NCBI GenBank assembly: GCA_050257855.1
Contig: JBLMXQ010000040.1
Span: 7,059 to 71,058, forward strand
Reading direction: 5' to 3'
DNA: 64,000 bases
From: Betaproteobacteria bacterium
GTDB taxonomy: Bacteria; Acidobacteriota; Vicinamibacteria; Vicinamibacterales; CAVVIG01
Shown: piece by piece, positions 42,949 to 52,841 of the stretch
Numbering within the stretch: the stretch's first letter is position 1
Layout of the letters: each line of letters starts with the position of its first letter
Position numbers and translations under genes: made by a program
The notes under the pieces: model-generated
Database searches by the model: none
What the model was told of the DNA's origin: nothing
The model's input: the letters and a program-made list of their open reading frames with translations, nothing else

Positions 42949-44286
42949 TCAGGGCCGATGGTCCGCCACCGCGGCGGCGTTCTGGACGGACGGCGCGAGC
43001 TGAGCGACAAAGCGATCGCGAAGACCGACGAAGGTCGCCATCTCGCCCGGCGGGATCGGCTCGCCCGGCGGGAGCTGCCGCTGCACGGTCAGCGGATTGA
43101 CGAACGCGCCGTTCTTCTTCAGGCGGAAATCGAGGTGCGGGCCGGTGGCGAGCCCGCTCATGCCGACGCGTCCGATCACGTCACCCTGGTCGACGCGCTC
43201 GCCGACGTGCACGAGAATCCGCGAGAGGTGGAGGTACTCGGATTCGAAGCCGTTGTTGTGCCGGAGATGCACGAGCCGGCCGGCGCCGCCGAACCGCCCG
43301 GCCTGCACGACGACGCCCCCGGCCACCGCGATGACCGGCGCGCCGATGGGCGCCCGGTAGTCGATGCCGAGGTGCGGCCGGTAGATGCGCAGGATGGGAT
43401 GAAACCGGTGGCGCGAGAAGCCGGAGGTGACGACCGGCGTGAACTTGAGCGGCGAGCGCAGGAAGAAGCGGCGCAGCGAGCGCCCGTGCTCGTCGTAGTA
43501 CGCGGCCGGACCGTGCTCCGGCGCGAAGCGAATCGCGCGGTACGCGCGGCCGTCGTTGTCGAACTCGGCGGCGAGAATGGGGCCGTAGCCGGCGAGCAAC
43601 CGCCGCCCACGCCGGCCGCCGTCGTCGCATTCCGGCGTCAGCTCGTCGCAGCGCCGGTACTGCTTCTCGACGACGACCTCGAAGGTGTCGCCCGGCTGGA
43701 CGTCGGTGCTGAAGTCGATGTCGCCGCCGAACACGTCGGCGAGGGCGATGGACAGATCCACTGTTTCGCCGGCGGCGTCCATCGCGGCGAACAGCGAGGA
43801 GGTGTCCTGGTCAATCGTGCCGCGAACCACTTCCACGGATCGGGTCTTCTCGATCGGCACCATGGTCGCGACGAACGGCGGGTCGTCGTCCGACGAGCGG
43901 CTGACGCGCAGGATGCTGTCGCCGTCCACTTCGTAGTCGAACCGCTCGAGCTCGCCGTCCTCGGTCTGCTCGAGGCGGTAGGGCTGGGCCGCGCGCATTC
44001 TCCGCAGGTCGAACACCGAGCTGACCCGGCTGACGATCTCCGCGACCGTGCCGGCCGCGACGTTGTTCGCGCGCAGCAGGGAGGCCAGCGTCGCTCCCGG
44101 GGCAAGGCGCGCCGCGACGACGCGGAGTTCAGACGGCAGATCCACGTCCCGGGCAGCGGCCGGCGTTCTGCCCGGAGGCGGGGGATCTTGCTGACGGGCG
44201 CAGCCGCTCGAGGCCAGAGCGAACGTGAGGGCGAGCGCGGGCGCCAGGCGCGGCCAGACCGTTCGTCCTCCGACGTTTCGCGTCAT
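42949..44286 (-). CDS. M23 family peptidoglycan metalloendopeptidase, lipoprotein (MepM-like)
   Basis: ATG 44286 gives MTRNVGGRTVWPRLAPALALTFALASSGC (lipobox). M23 motifs HLGIDYRAP, and GNSGLATGPHLHF-like GMSGLATGPHLDF. Confidence 0.85.
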   Translation of the reverse strand: MTRNVGGRTVWPRLAPALALTFALASSGCARQQDPPPPGRTPAAARDVDLPSELRVVAARLAPGATLASLLRANNVAAGTVAEIVSRVSSVFDLRRMRAAQPYRLEQTEDGELERFDYEVDGDSILRVSRSSDDDPPFVATMVPIEKTRSVEVVRGTIDQDTSSLFAAMDAAGETVDLSIALADVFGGDIDFSTDVQPGDTFEVVVEKQYRRCDELTPECDDGGRRGRRLLAGYGPILAAEFDNDGRAYRAIRFAPEHGPAAYYDEHGRSLRRFFLRSPLKFTPVVTSGFSRHRFHPILRIYRPHLGIDYRAPIGAPVIAVAGGVVVQAGRFGGAGRLVHLRHNNGFESEYLHLSRILVHVGERVDQGDVIGRVGMSGLATGPHLDFRLKKNGAFVNPLTVQRQLPPGEPIPPGEMATFVGLRDRFVAQLAPSVQNAAAVADHRP

Positions 44287-44435
44287 CGAGCGTCCCCTCT
44301 CCAGGATTTGCGCGTTCCGGTGTTTATCGGCCCGACCCGCCAGGATGGACATCCCGCGGCGGACCGGGCATGGTATCACGCGGTTGACCGGAACCGGCTC
44401 AGCCGCTTACAGTCCGGGGCCGGGAGGTTGTCCGT

Positions 44436-45995
44436 ATGAAGACCCGCCGCACGTTCGCGCTCGCCGCCGTCCTCTCGGTGCTGGTCGCCCTGCCCCTGGC
44501 GGCCCAGTGGCCGCTGGCCGAGAAGGTCGACCTCGACGCGGTGTACCGCATCAAGGACGAGGGCTTCCATCACTCGAAGGTGATGGAGATCGAAAGCTAC
44601 CTGACCGACGTCTACGGCCCGCGGCTCACGAACTCGCCGGATATGCGCGAAGCGGCCGAGTGGGCCGAGACGACGATGAAAGGGTGGGGGCTGGCCAACG
44701 TCCACACCGAGGCCTGGCCGTTCGGCCGCGGCTGGCAGAACGACCGGTTCGTCGCGATGGCGCTGAAGCCGCGCGCGTATCCGCTCATCGGGTTCACGAA
44801 GGCGTGGACGCCCGGCACCAGCGGCCCGGTGACCGGCGAGGCGATCCTGGCGGTGATCGACACCGAGAAGGATTTCGACCAGTGGCGCGGCAAGCTGCAT
44901 GGCAAGTTCGTGCTGACCGCCCCGATGCCGGAGGTCGATGCGCATTTCGAGCCGCTCGGTCACCGTTACACCGGCGAAGACCTCGAGAAGCTCGCGATGC
45001 AGCCCGACGTGTCGAAGCCTCCGCGGCGGTTCTTCTTCTCGCCGGAGCGGCGCGAGTTCGAGAAGAAGAAGATGGCATTCTTCGTCAGCGAAGGCGTCGC
45101 CGCGCTCGTCGACCCGGGCCGCCACGACGGCGGCACGTACATCGTCGCGTCCGGAGGCTCACGCGATCCGAAGGATCCGCCGGTGCCGCCGCAGGTCGTC
45201 CTCGCGGTCGAGCACTACGGCCGCATCGTCCGCACGCTCGAGAAGAAGATTCCGGTGACGCTGGAGATGGATATTCAGAACAAGTTCTACGACCAGGATC
45301 TGAACTCGTTCAACATCGTCGCGGAGATTCCAGGCACCGACAAGGCGGACGAGGTGGTGATGCTCGGCGCCCACTTCGACTCGTGGCACGGCGGCACCGG
45401 CGCGACCGACAACGCCGCCGGGTCGGCGGTCATGATGGAGGCGATGCGCATCCTGAAGGAGAGCGGCCTGAAGCTGCGCCGCACGGTGCGCCTGGGGCTG
45501 TGGACCGGCGAGGAGCAGGGACTGCTCGGCTCGAAGGCGTACGTCAAGGCTCACTTCGGCGACCCGGAGACGATGCAGCTGAAGCCGGAGCACGAGAAGC
45601 TCGACGCATACTTCAACGTCGACAACGGGACGGGGCTGATTCGCGGCGTCTACCTGCAGGGCAACGAGGCGGTGGCGCCGATCTTCCAGGCCTGGATGGA
45701 GCCGTTCAGGAACGTGGGCATGACAACGCTGTCGATCCGCAACACCGGCGGCACCGACCATTTGTCGTTCGACGCGGTCGGTCTTCCGGGGTTCCAGTTC
45801 ATCCAGGATCCGGTCGAATACGAGACGCGCACGCACCACACCAACATGGACGTGTTCGAGCGCATCCAGCCGAACGACATGATGAACAACGCGGTCATCG
45901 TCGCATCGTTCGTGTACGACGCCGCCAACCGCGACGAGAAGCTGCCGAGGAAGGCGCTGCCGAAGCCTGCGCCGAAAACCACGTCGCAGCAGTAG
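44436..45995 (+). CDS. Secreted M28 family metallopeptidase
   Basis: GGGAGG Shine-Dalgarno sequence; signal MKTRRTFALAAVLSVLVALPLAAQ; HFDSWHGGTGATDNAAGSAVMMEA...[10 protein letters not shown]...HHTNMD. Confidence 0.85.
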   Translation: MKTRRTFALAAVLSVLVALPLAAQWPLAEKVDLDAVYRIKDEGFHHSKVMEIESYLTDVYGPRLTNSPDMREAAEWAETTMKGWGLANVHTEAWPFGRGWQNDRFVAMALKPRAYPLIGFTKAWTPGTSGPVTGEAILAVIDTEKDFDQWRGKLHGKFVLTAPMPEVDAHFEPLGHRYTGEDLEKLAMQPDVSKPPRRFFFSPERREFEKKKMAFFVSEGVAALVDPGRHDGGTYIVASGGSRDPKDPPVPPQVVLAVEHYGRIVRTLEKKIPVTLEMDIQNKFYDQDLNSFNIVAEIPGTDKADEVVMLGAHFDSWHGGTGATDNAAGSAVMMEAMRILKESGLKLRRTVRLGLWTGEEQGLLGSKAYVKAHFGDPETMQLKPEHEKLDAYFNVDNGTGLIRGVYLQGNEAVAPIFQAWMEPFRNVGMTTLSIRNTGGTDHLSFDAVGLPGFQFIQDPVEYETRTHHTNMDVFERIQPNDMMNNAVIVASFVYDAANRDEKLPRKALPKPAPKTTSQQ

Positions 45996-46009
45996 CGCCT
46001 TCGGTGAGC

Positions 46010-47596
46010 TCATAGACGACCGTAACGGGATGCCCAGGCGCGCAGAGCGTCGCGGCGCTCGCGCGCCTCGGGAATCTCGTCGAGCCGGTCGATCGGCCAC
46101 GGCAGCCGGTAGGTCCAGTTGTCGTCGGAGATCGTCGCGGGGTCGTTGATCCGATCGCGCCACCCGAACACGTCGCACAGGGGCAGCACGAGCAGGCTGG
46201 ATCCCGACGCGAACAGCGCCTCGAGCAGCGTGTCGCGCAAAGCCGGCGTGAACGGCTGATCGGCGACGTCGCGGCCGCCCGCGAGGCGGCGGACGGTCTC
46301 GAGCGCGGCGAGCTCCCGACGCTCCTCTGCGGGCGCTGCATCCCACCAGACCGCCAGCGGCTCCGTATCGTGGGTCCCCGACGTGGCCACCGAGGCAGGA
46401 GGGTATTCAGCGGGATCGACGAACGGCTGGCCCTCCTCGTTCCACCGCCGCTCCCACCGCAGCACGCGGTAGCCCGGGATGCCGAGCCGGCGCAGCGAGG
46501 CGCGCACGAAGTCGGGCACCGTGCCCAGATCCTCGGCGATGATCTCCGGACCCGGCTCGCGGAAGATCGTCAGCACGCGCTCGCCGAGCTCCGTCTGCGC
46601 AGACTCCTCGTCGGGAGTGAAGAACGGCTCCCCCTCGCGATGCGGGCGTCCGTACGTTCGATAGAACCCGACGAGGTGGTCGACGCGGTACCCGTCGTAG
46701 AGATCCGCGCTGCGCCGCGCCCGATCGCGAAGCCACCGGAAGCCGTCGGCTTCGACGGCCTCCCAGCGATACACCGGCATGCCCCAGTCCTGACCCGCAG
46801 CGCTGAAGGCATCCGGCGGGGCGCCGACCGAGGCGTCGAGGCGGAACTGTCCCTGCCTCGCCCACACGTCCGCGCTGTCGCCGTCGACCATGAACGGCAG
46901 ATCCCCGAACAGCGCCACACGCCGCGCTCTGGCAGCCGCGCGCGCCGCGTGCCACTGCGAATCGGCAATCCACTGCAGGTACTGATAGTGGAGGATTTCG
47001 CCGGCGAGCTCGCGGCGCGCGCGATCGAGCGCCCCCGCCTCGCGCTGCCGGAGCGCGTCGGGCCACTCGGTCCAGGGCCGCTCGCCGTCGCGCCCGTGGA
47101 GGGCGCGAAAGAGCGCGTAGTCCTCGACCCACCACGCCTGCGCGGCCAGAAAGCTTCGCAGACCGGCCGCGCGCGCGGTATCGCGGCTCCACTCCGCAGC
47201 GCGGAAACGCTCGAAGGCCGAGCGCAGCGCACGCCCCTTGGCGGCGCGCACGCGGGAATAGTCGATGCGCCCGGATCGCCGCGCGGCTTCGAGCATCGAC
47301 CGGACGTCGTCGTCGAGCGCGTCCTCCCCTCCAGCCGCGCGGAACTCGGGCACGTCGGGCACGCGGATGTAGATCGGATCGATCGCCATCGCGCTGATCG
47401 CCGAGTACGGCGACGGCAGCCCCGGCGCCATCTCGTTCATCGGCAGCAGCTGCAGGACGCGCTGGCCGGCAGCGGCGAGCCACGCGGCGAGCGTCGCGAT
47501 GTCGCCGATGTCGCCGATCCCCCAGCTCGCATCCGAAGGGCAGGAGAACAGCGGAACGAGCACACCCGCGCGACGGGTACCGCCCGCGTCACTCAT
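46010..47596 (-). CDS. malQ: 4-alpha-glucanotransferase (GH77 amylomaltase)
   Basis: GVLVPLFS...SWGIGDIGD, DYALFRAL, LFGDLPFMV, GAPPDAFSAAGQDWG, YRVDHLVGF, IAEDLGTVP, and TSGTHDT are GH77 signature blocks in the canonical order. Confidence 0.9.
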   Translation of the reverse strand: MSDAGGTRRAGVLVPLFSCPSDASWGIGDIGDIATLAAWLAAAGQRVLQLLPMNEMAPGLPSPYSAISAMAIDPIYIRVPDVPEFRAAGGEDALDDDVRSMLEAARRSGRIDYSRVRAAKGRALRSAFERFRAAEWSRDTARAAGLRSFLAAQAWWVEDYALFRALHGRDGERPWTEWPDALRQREAGALDRARRELAGEILHYQYLQWIADSQWHAARAAARARRVALFGDLPFMVDGDSADVWARQGQFRLDASVGAPPDAFSAAGQDWGMPVYRWEAVEADGFRWLRDRARRSADLYDGYRVDHLVGFYRTYGRPHREGEPFFTPDEESAQTELGERVLTIFREPGPEIIAEDLGTVPDFVRASLRRLGIPGYRVLRWERRWNEEGQPFVDPAEYPPASVATSGTHDTEPLAVWWDAAPAEERRELAALETVRRLAGGRDVADQPFTPALRDTLLEALFASGSSLLVLPLCDVFGWRDRINDPATISDDNWTYRLPWPIDRLDEIPEARERRDALRAWASRYGRL

Positions 47597-48782
47597 GCGG
47601 GCCGGCCGTGCGATCGAAGTGCCGCAGGATGTGTTCGACCGCGGTGCCGAAGACCGCCGGCGGCGGAAGCAGGCTCACGATCAGGAACGCTTCGCTCGGA
47701 AAATCGAAGAAGTACCCGGGATGCACGACGACGTCCGCGCGTTCGAGGAGATCGAGCACCAGCTCCTCTTCGCTCTGGAGACGCGGCACCTGCACCACCG
47801 CATACCAGCCGCCCTCGGCCGTCAGCACCCGGCAGGAAGGCGTCGCGACCGCCCGCGTGACGAGATATTCGTGATTCGCCGCAATCCGCGCCTGGATGCG
47901 GGCGCGGATTGCGGCTCCGCGCTCGAGCAGCTCGGCCGCCGCCGCCTGCACCGGCGTGGCCACCGACAGATACGTATCGCACGCGAGCTCCAGGCGCTCG
48001 AGCGCCGATGCCACGATCGCGTCGGGCCCGGAGACGGCGATCCACCCGAGCTTCACCTGGGGAAGACCGACCGCCTTCGACAGGCCGCCGAGTGCGAACA
48101 CGAGCGCGTCGGGCCGATCGAGCACGCGCGCGGCGGACGCCCGCGCCCCCGGCAGGAGCTCGTAGTCCGCGAACACTTCGTCGACGACGAGCGCGACGCC
48201 GGAAGCGGCGCCGAGGCGCGCGAGCGCCTCCAGCTCGCCGGGCTTCACATACGAGCCGGTCGGATTGTTCGGACTGACCAGCAGCACGGCGCGCGTGCGC
48301 GGAGACAGGGCGCGTTCGATCCCCGCGACGTCGACCGCCCAGCCGCCGTGCAGATCGAGATCATACGGGCGGGGCACGAGCGCATCGAGGCGCGTCAGGT
48401 GCTCGAACAGCGGATAGCTCGGCCGCGGCACCAGAATCTCGTCGCCGGGATCGGCCAGCAGCTTGAACAGGAGGGAGTACGCCTCGCTCGTGCTCGCCGT
48501 CAGCGCTATCCGGTCGGGCGCGATCGTCACGCCCCGGCGTGCGTACTCGGCCGCGACTGCCGCGCGCGCGCTCGCGAGCCCGAACGGCTGCGGCTCGTAC
48601 CGGAGGCCGCGCGGATCGGCCAGCGGCGCGAGCAGGTCCGGCGGATACTCGAAGCCGGCGCGGGTGGGATTCGATTCCGTCAGGTCGAGCAGGCGGCGTC
48701 CCTCGCGCCGCGCGCGCACGAGCGCCTGCGCCAGGCGGTTCGGCGCCAGGCTGGACGGCATCCGCGTGGAGAACCAGATCAC
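47589..48782 (-). CDS. Class I/II PLP-dependent aminotransferase (alanine/aspartate-type)
   Basis: GTG 48782 overlaps the upstream stop (GTGA). DLTESNPT, SPNNPTG, and GGLSKAVGLPQVKLGW (PLP-lysine). The 3' end overlaps the malQ start by 8 nt. Confidence 0.85.
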   Translation of the reverse strand: MIWFSTRMPSSLAPNRLAQALVRARREGRRLLDLTESNPTRAGFEYPPDLLAPLADPRGLRYEPQPFGLASARAAVAAEYARRGVTIAPDRIALTASTSEAYSLLFKLLADPGDEILVPRPSYPLFEHLTRLDALVPRPYDLDLHGGWAVDVAGIERALSPRTRAVLLVSPNNPTGSYVKPGELEALARLGAASGVALVVDEVFADYELLPGARASAARVLDRPDALVFALGGLSKAVGLPQVKLGWIAVSGPDAIVASALERLELACDTYLSVATPVQAAAAELLERGAAIRARIQARIAANHEYLVTRAVATPSCRVLTAEGGWYAVVQVPRLQSEEELVLDLLERADVVVHPGYFFDFPSEAFLIVSLLPPPAVFGTAVEHILRHFDRTAGPHE

Positions 48783-50815
48783 GGCGTCAGGATTTCAATC
48801 TTGTCGATCACGTCGCCTTCCAGGATCCGGTCGACGACGTCGATGCCGTTCAGCACCTGCCCGAAAACCGTGTATTCGTGGTCGAGTCGAGGGTTGTCGA
48901 CGAGGTCGATGAAGATCTGCGCGTCTCCCGTGTCGCGGCCGCGCGTCGAGATGCCGACCGCTCCGCGCACGTGCGGCCAGAGGCCCAGCTCGTCGCGCAT
49001 GAAGGACGGGTAGCCGATGTACTCGTTCGCGCCAGGGCTGCCGCCCTGCACGACGAAGTCCGGCACGACGCGGTGGAAGGTCAGGCCGTTGTAATAGCCC
49101 GACTCGGCGAGGGAGACGAACCGCACGACGGTCGCCGGCGCCTCGAGCGTGAACAGGGCGAGATCGAACGTCCCGACGCCCCGGACCGTGACTCGCGCCC
49201 GGGCGCCGGCCAGCCGGTCCAGCTCTTCTGCCGTCACCGACGATGCGATGGCCGTCCGCCTGGCCGGTTCCTTCACGGGCGATCCGGCCTTCGCGAGCGC
49301 ATCGGCAACCGCCTGGCGGGCGTCGTGCGAGTTGTCGTGCCCCTCGTCGATCAGCCGCTGCCATGCCGACCGCAACGCATTCACCGCGTCGGACGACTTC
49401 GTGCCGGCCAGCGCCAGCGCGGCGGCGCGAATCGCCTGGTACCCGTGCCGGCCGAGCGCCCGCACGTACACCGCATCCGCGTCATGTCCGGCCAACCTGC
49501 CGAGCGCGTCGATGGCGGCCTCGACCACGTTGTCGTCGGGATCGGCTGCGAGGCGCTCGAGCGTCGCGCGGTCCCGCAGCACCGCCGCCGCCCGCGCTGC
49601 GTACATCCGCAACTGCCAGATCGACGAGCCGGTGAACCGTGCGAGGTCGGCCGAGGCGCGCGGCGGATCGGCCGACGCCAGCGCGACGATGGCGTGGGCG
49701 GCGCGATGCCAGGCCCGCGGAACCATCGCGGCGGACGGCCTGGTGACTTCGCGGGCGAGCAGGTCGACGGCATCGGGATCCGCGCCGCAGGCGCCGAGCA
49801 GGTCGATCGCGAGCAGCGCGACGTGCGCGTCCTCGTCGCCGGTCCAGACGAACGCCGTCTTGCACGCGGCCGCGCCGCCGTTCGCGCTGAGCGCGCGCAG
49901 CGCCTCGAACCGCACCATGCCGGCTTCGTCGCGAAGACCGGCCCGAATTGCGCCGGCGGCAACATCCGTATCCGCGCCCGCGGCCGCGCGCATCGCCAGC
50001 CGCCTCACCTGCGGGTCCGGATCCGAGAGCGCACGCGTCAGCGTCGCCGCGCCGACCGTGTCGGCGTCGACCAGCGCCTGAAGCGCGAGCCGTCGCACGC
50101 GGGCGTCGCGCGGCAGGTCGTTGCGGAAATTCTCCTGGAGCCCGTCTCCCGACGTGGTCGGCATGGCGGCCGATCCGGCCGGCGGCGCCGGGGCGGCCAC
50201 TTCCGACAACGCCGCCACCGTCCCGGCGCCGGGTCGATGAACCTTTCCCCGTAGGCGGATGAGAGCCTCGAAGCCCTTCGCAGCGCCGAGCCGATCGGTG
50301 ACCGTGGCATCGTCTCCCGTCAGCGCGCCGAGCAGGGTGCGCTCGGCCCGCTGGTCCTGATCCGCCGTGGCGTACGGCAGGCGCCCGATGGTTTCCAGGA
50401 TCGCCGCGCGGACGTCGGCGTCGGTGTCGACGCCCAGGCGGGTCGTGAGCAGATCCGCGACCTGATCGACCTGGGCCGTCGCGCGCGCGGCGTCGTGCTC
50501 GAGCGGCTCCACCGCCTGCCCGAGCGCGTTGGCGGCTTCCGCCCGCACTTCCGGAAACGTCGATCGGAGCGAGACCGCGATGTCACGAACGAGCGCAGGG
50601 CGCTCGAGACGACCGAGCGCGCGTACGGCGACGCGCGCCGTATCACGATCGCCGCGGCGGGCGCCGCTCAGGATGAGCGACAGGTCGCGCGGCGTCGGCG
50701 CGCGGCGGTCCTCCGCCTGGATGATGGCGGCGCGCCGGGCGGGCTGCGCCCCGGCGCGCGCGGCGAGCACGAGCAGGATCGCCGCCGTCGCCCGCGCCAT
50801 CCCGGCCGCCCGCAT
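48779..50815 (-). CDS. Secreted HEAT-repeat protein fused to a C-terminal cyclophilin-type peptidyl-prolyl isomerase
   Basis: Signal MRAAGMARATAAILLVLAARAGAQ. About 480 aa of repeated ...D.DV.VR..A..ALG... HEAT/PBS-lyase-like repeats. C-terminal GYYNGLTFHRVVPDFVVQGGSP...HVRGAVGISTRGRDTGDAQIFI...LDHEYTVFGQV is a cyclophilin core. Confidence 0.8.
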   Translation of the reverse strand: MRAAGMARATAAILLVLAARAGAQPARRAAIIQAEDRRAPTPRDLSLILSGARRGDRDTARVAVRALGRLERPALVRDIAVSLRSTFPEVRAEAANALGQAVEPLEHDAARATAQVDQVADLLTTRLGVDTDADVRAAILETIGRLPYATADQDQRAERTLLGALTGDDATVTDRLGAAKGFEALIRLRGKVHRPGAGTVAALSEVAAPAPPAGSAAMPTTSGDGLQENFRNDLPRDARVRRLALQALVDADTVGAATLTRALSDPDPQVRRLAMRAAAGADTDVAAGAIRAGLRDEAGMVRFEALRALSANGGAAACKTAFVWTGDEDAHVALLAIDLLGACGADPDAVDLLAREVTRPSAAMVPRAWHRAAHAIVALASADPPRASADLARFTGSSIWQLRMYAARAAAVLRDRATLERLAADPDDNVVEAAIDALGRLAGHDADAVYVRALGRHGYQAIRAAALALAGTKSSDAVNALRSAWQRLIDEGHDNSHDARQAVADALAKAGSPVKEPARRTAIASSVTAEELDRLAGARARVTVRGVGTFDLALFTLEAPATVVRFVSLAESGYYNGLTFHRVVPDFVVQGGSPGANEYIGYPSFMRDELGLWPHVRGAVGISTRGRDTGDAQIFIDLVDNPRLDHEYTVFGQVLNGIDVVDRILEGDVIDKIEILTP

Positions 50816-50821
50816 CGTGCC

Positions 50822-52780
50822 CTACCTCCTGAGCTCCCGGGTCATCGCCGAGTACTCGAGCATCTGCGCCGCCAGATCCTGCGGATGCGTGATGGCGACG
50901 TCCACGATTCCGCCGCTCGCGTCGACGACCGGCTCGAGCCGCGGCATCACGAATCCGGTGTACGAGGGCAGGTGCAGCCGATCCACCCGTTCCACGACCT
51001 CGTCGCGCAGCGCGGGGTCGAAATGCACGCCGTAGGTCTCGAACAGCTGCCGCGCGGCGTCGTAGTCGCCCTCGGCCTTGATCCGCTGCACGTGCGCGAG
51101 CAGGCGTCCGACGCCCTCGCGGAACGCCGGCACGCTGGCCAGGACGTAGTACGTCCGGCCGTCGCGCTCGCGGATCTCGATCGCACCGGTGTGCGCCATC
51201 AGCCAGTGGACGATCATCTGGCGGTTCCGCATGTGATCTTCTTCGATCGTCGTTCCCTGCCGGACGCGCCGGAGCTGCACGAGCGCGTTCCGTGCGTACC
51301 CCTCGTACTCGGCGCGCACGATCTCGTCGTGGTCGGACTCCGCCACGAGCCCCAGCTCCACGAGCTTTCGATCGGCGACGAAGTAGAGCGCGACGAGATC
51401 GGCGCGCGACTCCTCCAGCGCCGAGTACTGCTCGCGCAGCGCCGCCTGCGGATTGCCCATCAGGCGCTCGTCGACCTTGCCGGATCCGTGGCCGATCACC
51501 TCGTGCAGGTCCGTCGTCAGCTCCGAGGCGAAGGCGCTCCACTTTTCGGCGCGCGCCGCCTCCTCTGCGCTCCAGGAGAATTCGCGCCTGAACTCCGGCA
51601 GCATCGACTTCTCGTACGCCTCGTTGACGTTGGACAGCGACACCGACTTGCTGCCGTATTGCTCGCGGATCGACTGGTCGTTCGGCAGGTTGATGCCCAC
51701 CGGCGTCACGGGGCCCGAGTCGCCGGTCTCGACGATGACGTCGATCGCGCGGGCCGTGACGCCGCGGACGCCGGCCTTGCGGTACTTCGGATCCCACGGC
51801 ATGCGGTCTTCGAACCACTGCGCGTGGTCGGCGATCGTGCGGATCTGCGCCGTCTTCTCGTGGTTCACGAAATAGACGAGCGCCTCCCAGGCGCCCTTGA
51901 CGCCCCGCGCGTCCAGGTACACCTCGACGAAGCCGTTGATCGTGTCGACCGCCGCCCCGGCGTCGCGCACCCAGGCGACGTCGTACGCTTCGCGGTCCGC
52001 GGTCTCGCCCGTTCGATAAAAGCGAATCAGCGCGCGGAGCGCCGCGGCGGTCGGTTCGGCAGCGAACGGAAGGGCAGCCTCCAGGTGGCCGACGATAGCG
52101 GCGATGTGACGGCCGTACCGGCCGCCGACGCGGTACACCTCCTCGACGAGGCGTCCCTCGCGCTTCACCAGACGGGAGTTGAGCGGATGCGCTTCAGTGA
52201 ACCCGTCCAGATCCTCCAGCGTCACGCCGTCGTAGAGGTTGTTGGCGCTCGCCGCGAGGATGTCGGTGTCAGGCGGGGGCGTCTTGCACGTCACCATCGG
52301 ATCGGTGTCCGGATCGAAGAACAGGGGCTGCAGGCGCGCGAGCAGGGTGTCGAGCGTCTCGCCGGAACGCAGGTGCATCTCGGCGCCGTTGCGCACGGCG
52401 ATGCGCGCGGCCGCCGCGAACGCTTCCGGCGTGCACGTGAGCACGAACTTGCGCGCCGTCAGGTTGTTGTACGGCCCGGTATTGATCCAGAACAGCTTCG
52501 TGTAGCGCTCGATCTCCGCGAGCGTCGCGGAACCGATTCCATGCGGACGACTGAGGATGGCCTCGAGCAGATCGCGCATCTCGAGATTGTGCGCGTAGCG
52601 CTGGTCGTAGAAGATGTCGCGCCCCGCAATCGCCGCCTGGTACAGGTGCCAGGCGAGCCGCTTCTCCCCGGGCGACAGATTCGCGAACCCGTCTGCGTAC
52701 ACCTGCACGACCGCGGCGTCGTCGACCCGCTCGAGGAGGTAGCGCCGCGTGTCCGGGACGGCCGGCGTGACGAGCGTCAT
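50822..52780 (-). CDS. Dipeptidyl-peptidase III (M49 family)
   Basis: The M49-specific hexapeptide zinc motif HEVIGH (HExxGH) and the second motif EESRAD (EExR/KAE/D) are present with appropriate spacing. No signal peptide. Confidence 0.85.
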   Translation of the reverse strand: MTLVTPAVPDTRRYLLERVDDAAVVQVYADGFANLSPGEKRLAWHLYQAAIAGRDIFYDQRYAHNLEMRDLLEAILSRPHGIGSATLAEIERYTKLFWINTGPYNNLTARKFVLTCTPEAFAAAARIAVRNGAEMHLRSGETLDTLLARLQPLFFDPDTDPMVTCKTPPPDTDILAASANNLYDGVTLEDLDGFTEAHPLNSRLVKREGRLVEEVYRVGGRYGRHIAAIVGHLEAALPFAAEPTAAALRALIRFYRTGETADREAYDVAWVRDAGAAVDTINGFVEVYLDARGVKGAWEALVYFVNHEKTAQIRTIADHAQWFEDRMPWDPKYRKAGVRGVTARAIDVIVETGDSGPVTPVGINLPNDQSIREQYGSKSVSLSNVNEAYEKSMLPEFRREFSWSAEEAARAEKWSAFASELTTDLHEVIGHGSGKVDERLMGNPQAALREQYSALEESRADLVALYFVADRKLVELGLVAESDHDEIVRAEYEGYARNALVQLRRVRQGTTIEEDHMRNRQMIVHWLMAHTGAIEIRERDGRTYYVLASVPAFREGVGRLLAHVQRIKAEGDYDAARQLFETYGVHFDPALRDEVVERVDRLHLPSYTGFVMPRLEPVVDASGGIVDVAITHPQDLAAQMLEYSAMTRELRR

Positions 52781-52841
52781 CTCGCGGCGAGCCCCGCGTC
52801 AGCCGCGATCAGCGGCAGTCCCGGTCCCATGCGGTCAATTG

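Noticed and set aside
44287-44435. tRNA or small structured RNA genes in the longer intergenic regions (this one, and also 1280-1529, 6285-6403, 37001-37094 and 59297-59386).
   Set aside because: None of them contains a T-loop-like GGTTCRANYC box or cloverleaf-compatible arms by eye. Their lengths and content fit divergent promoter regions. tRNAscan-SE or Infernal would settle this.
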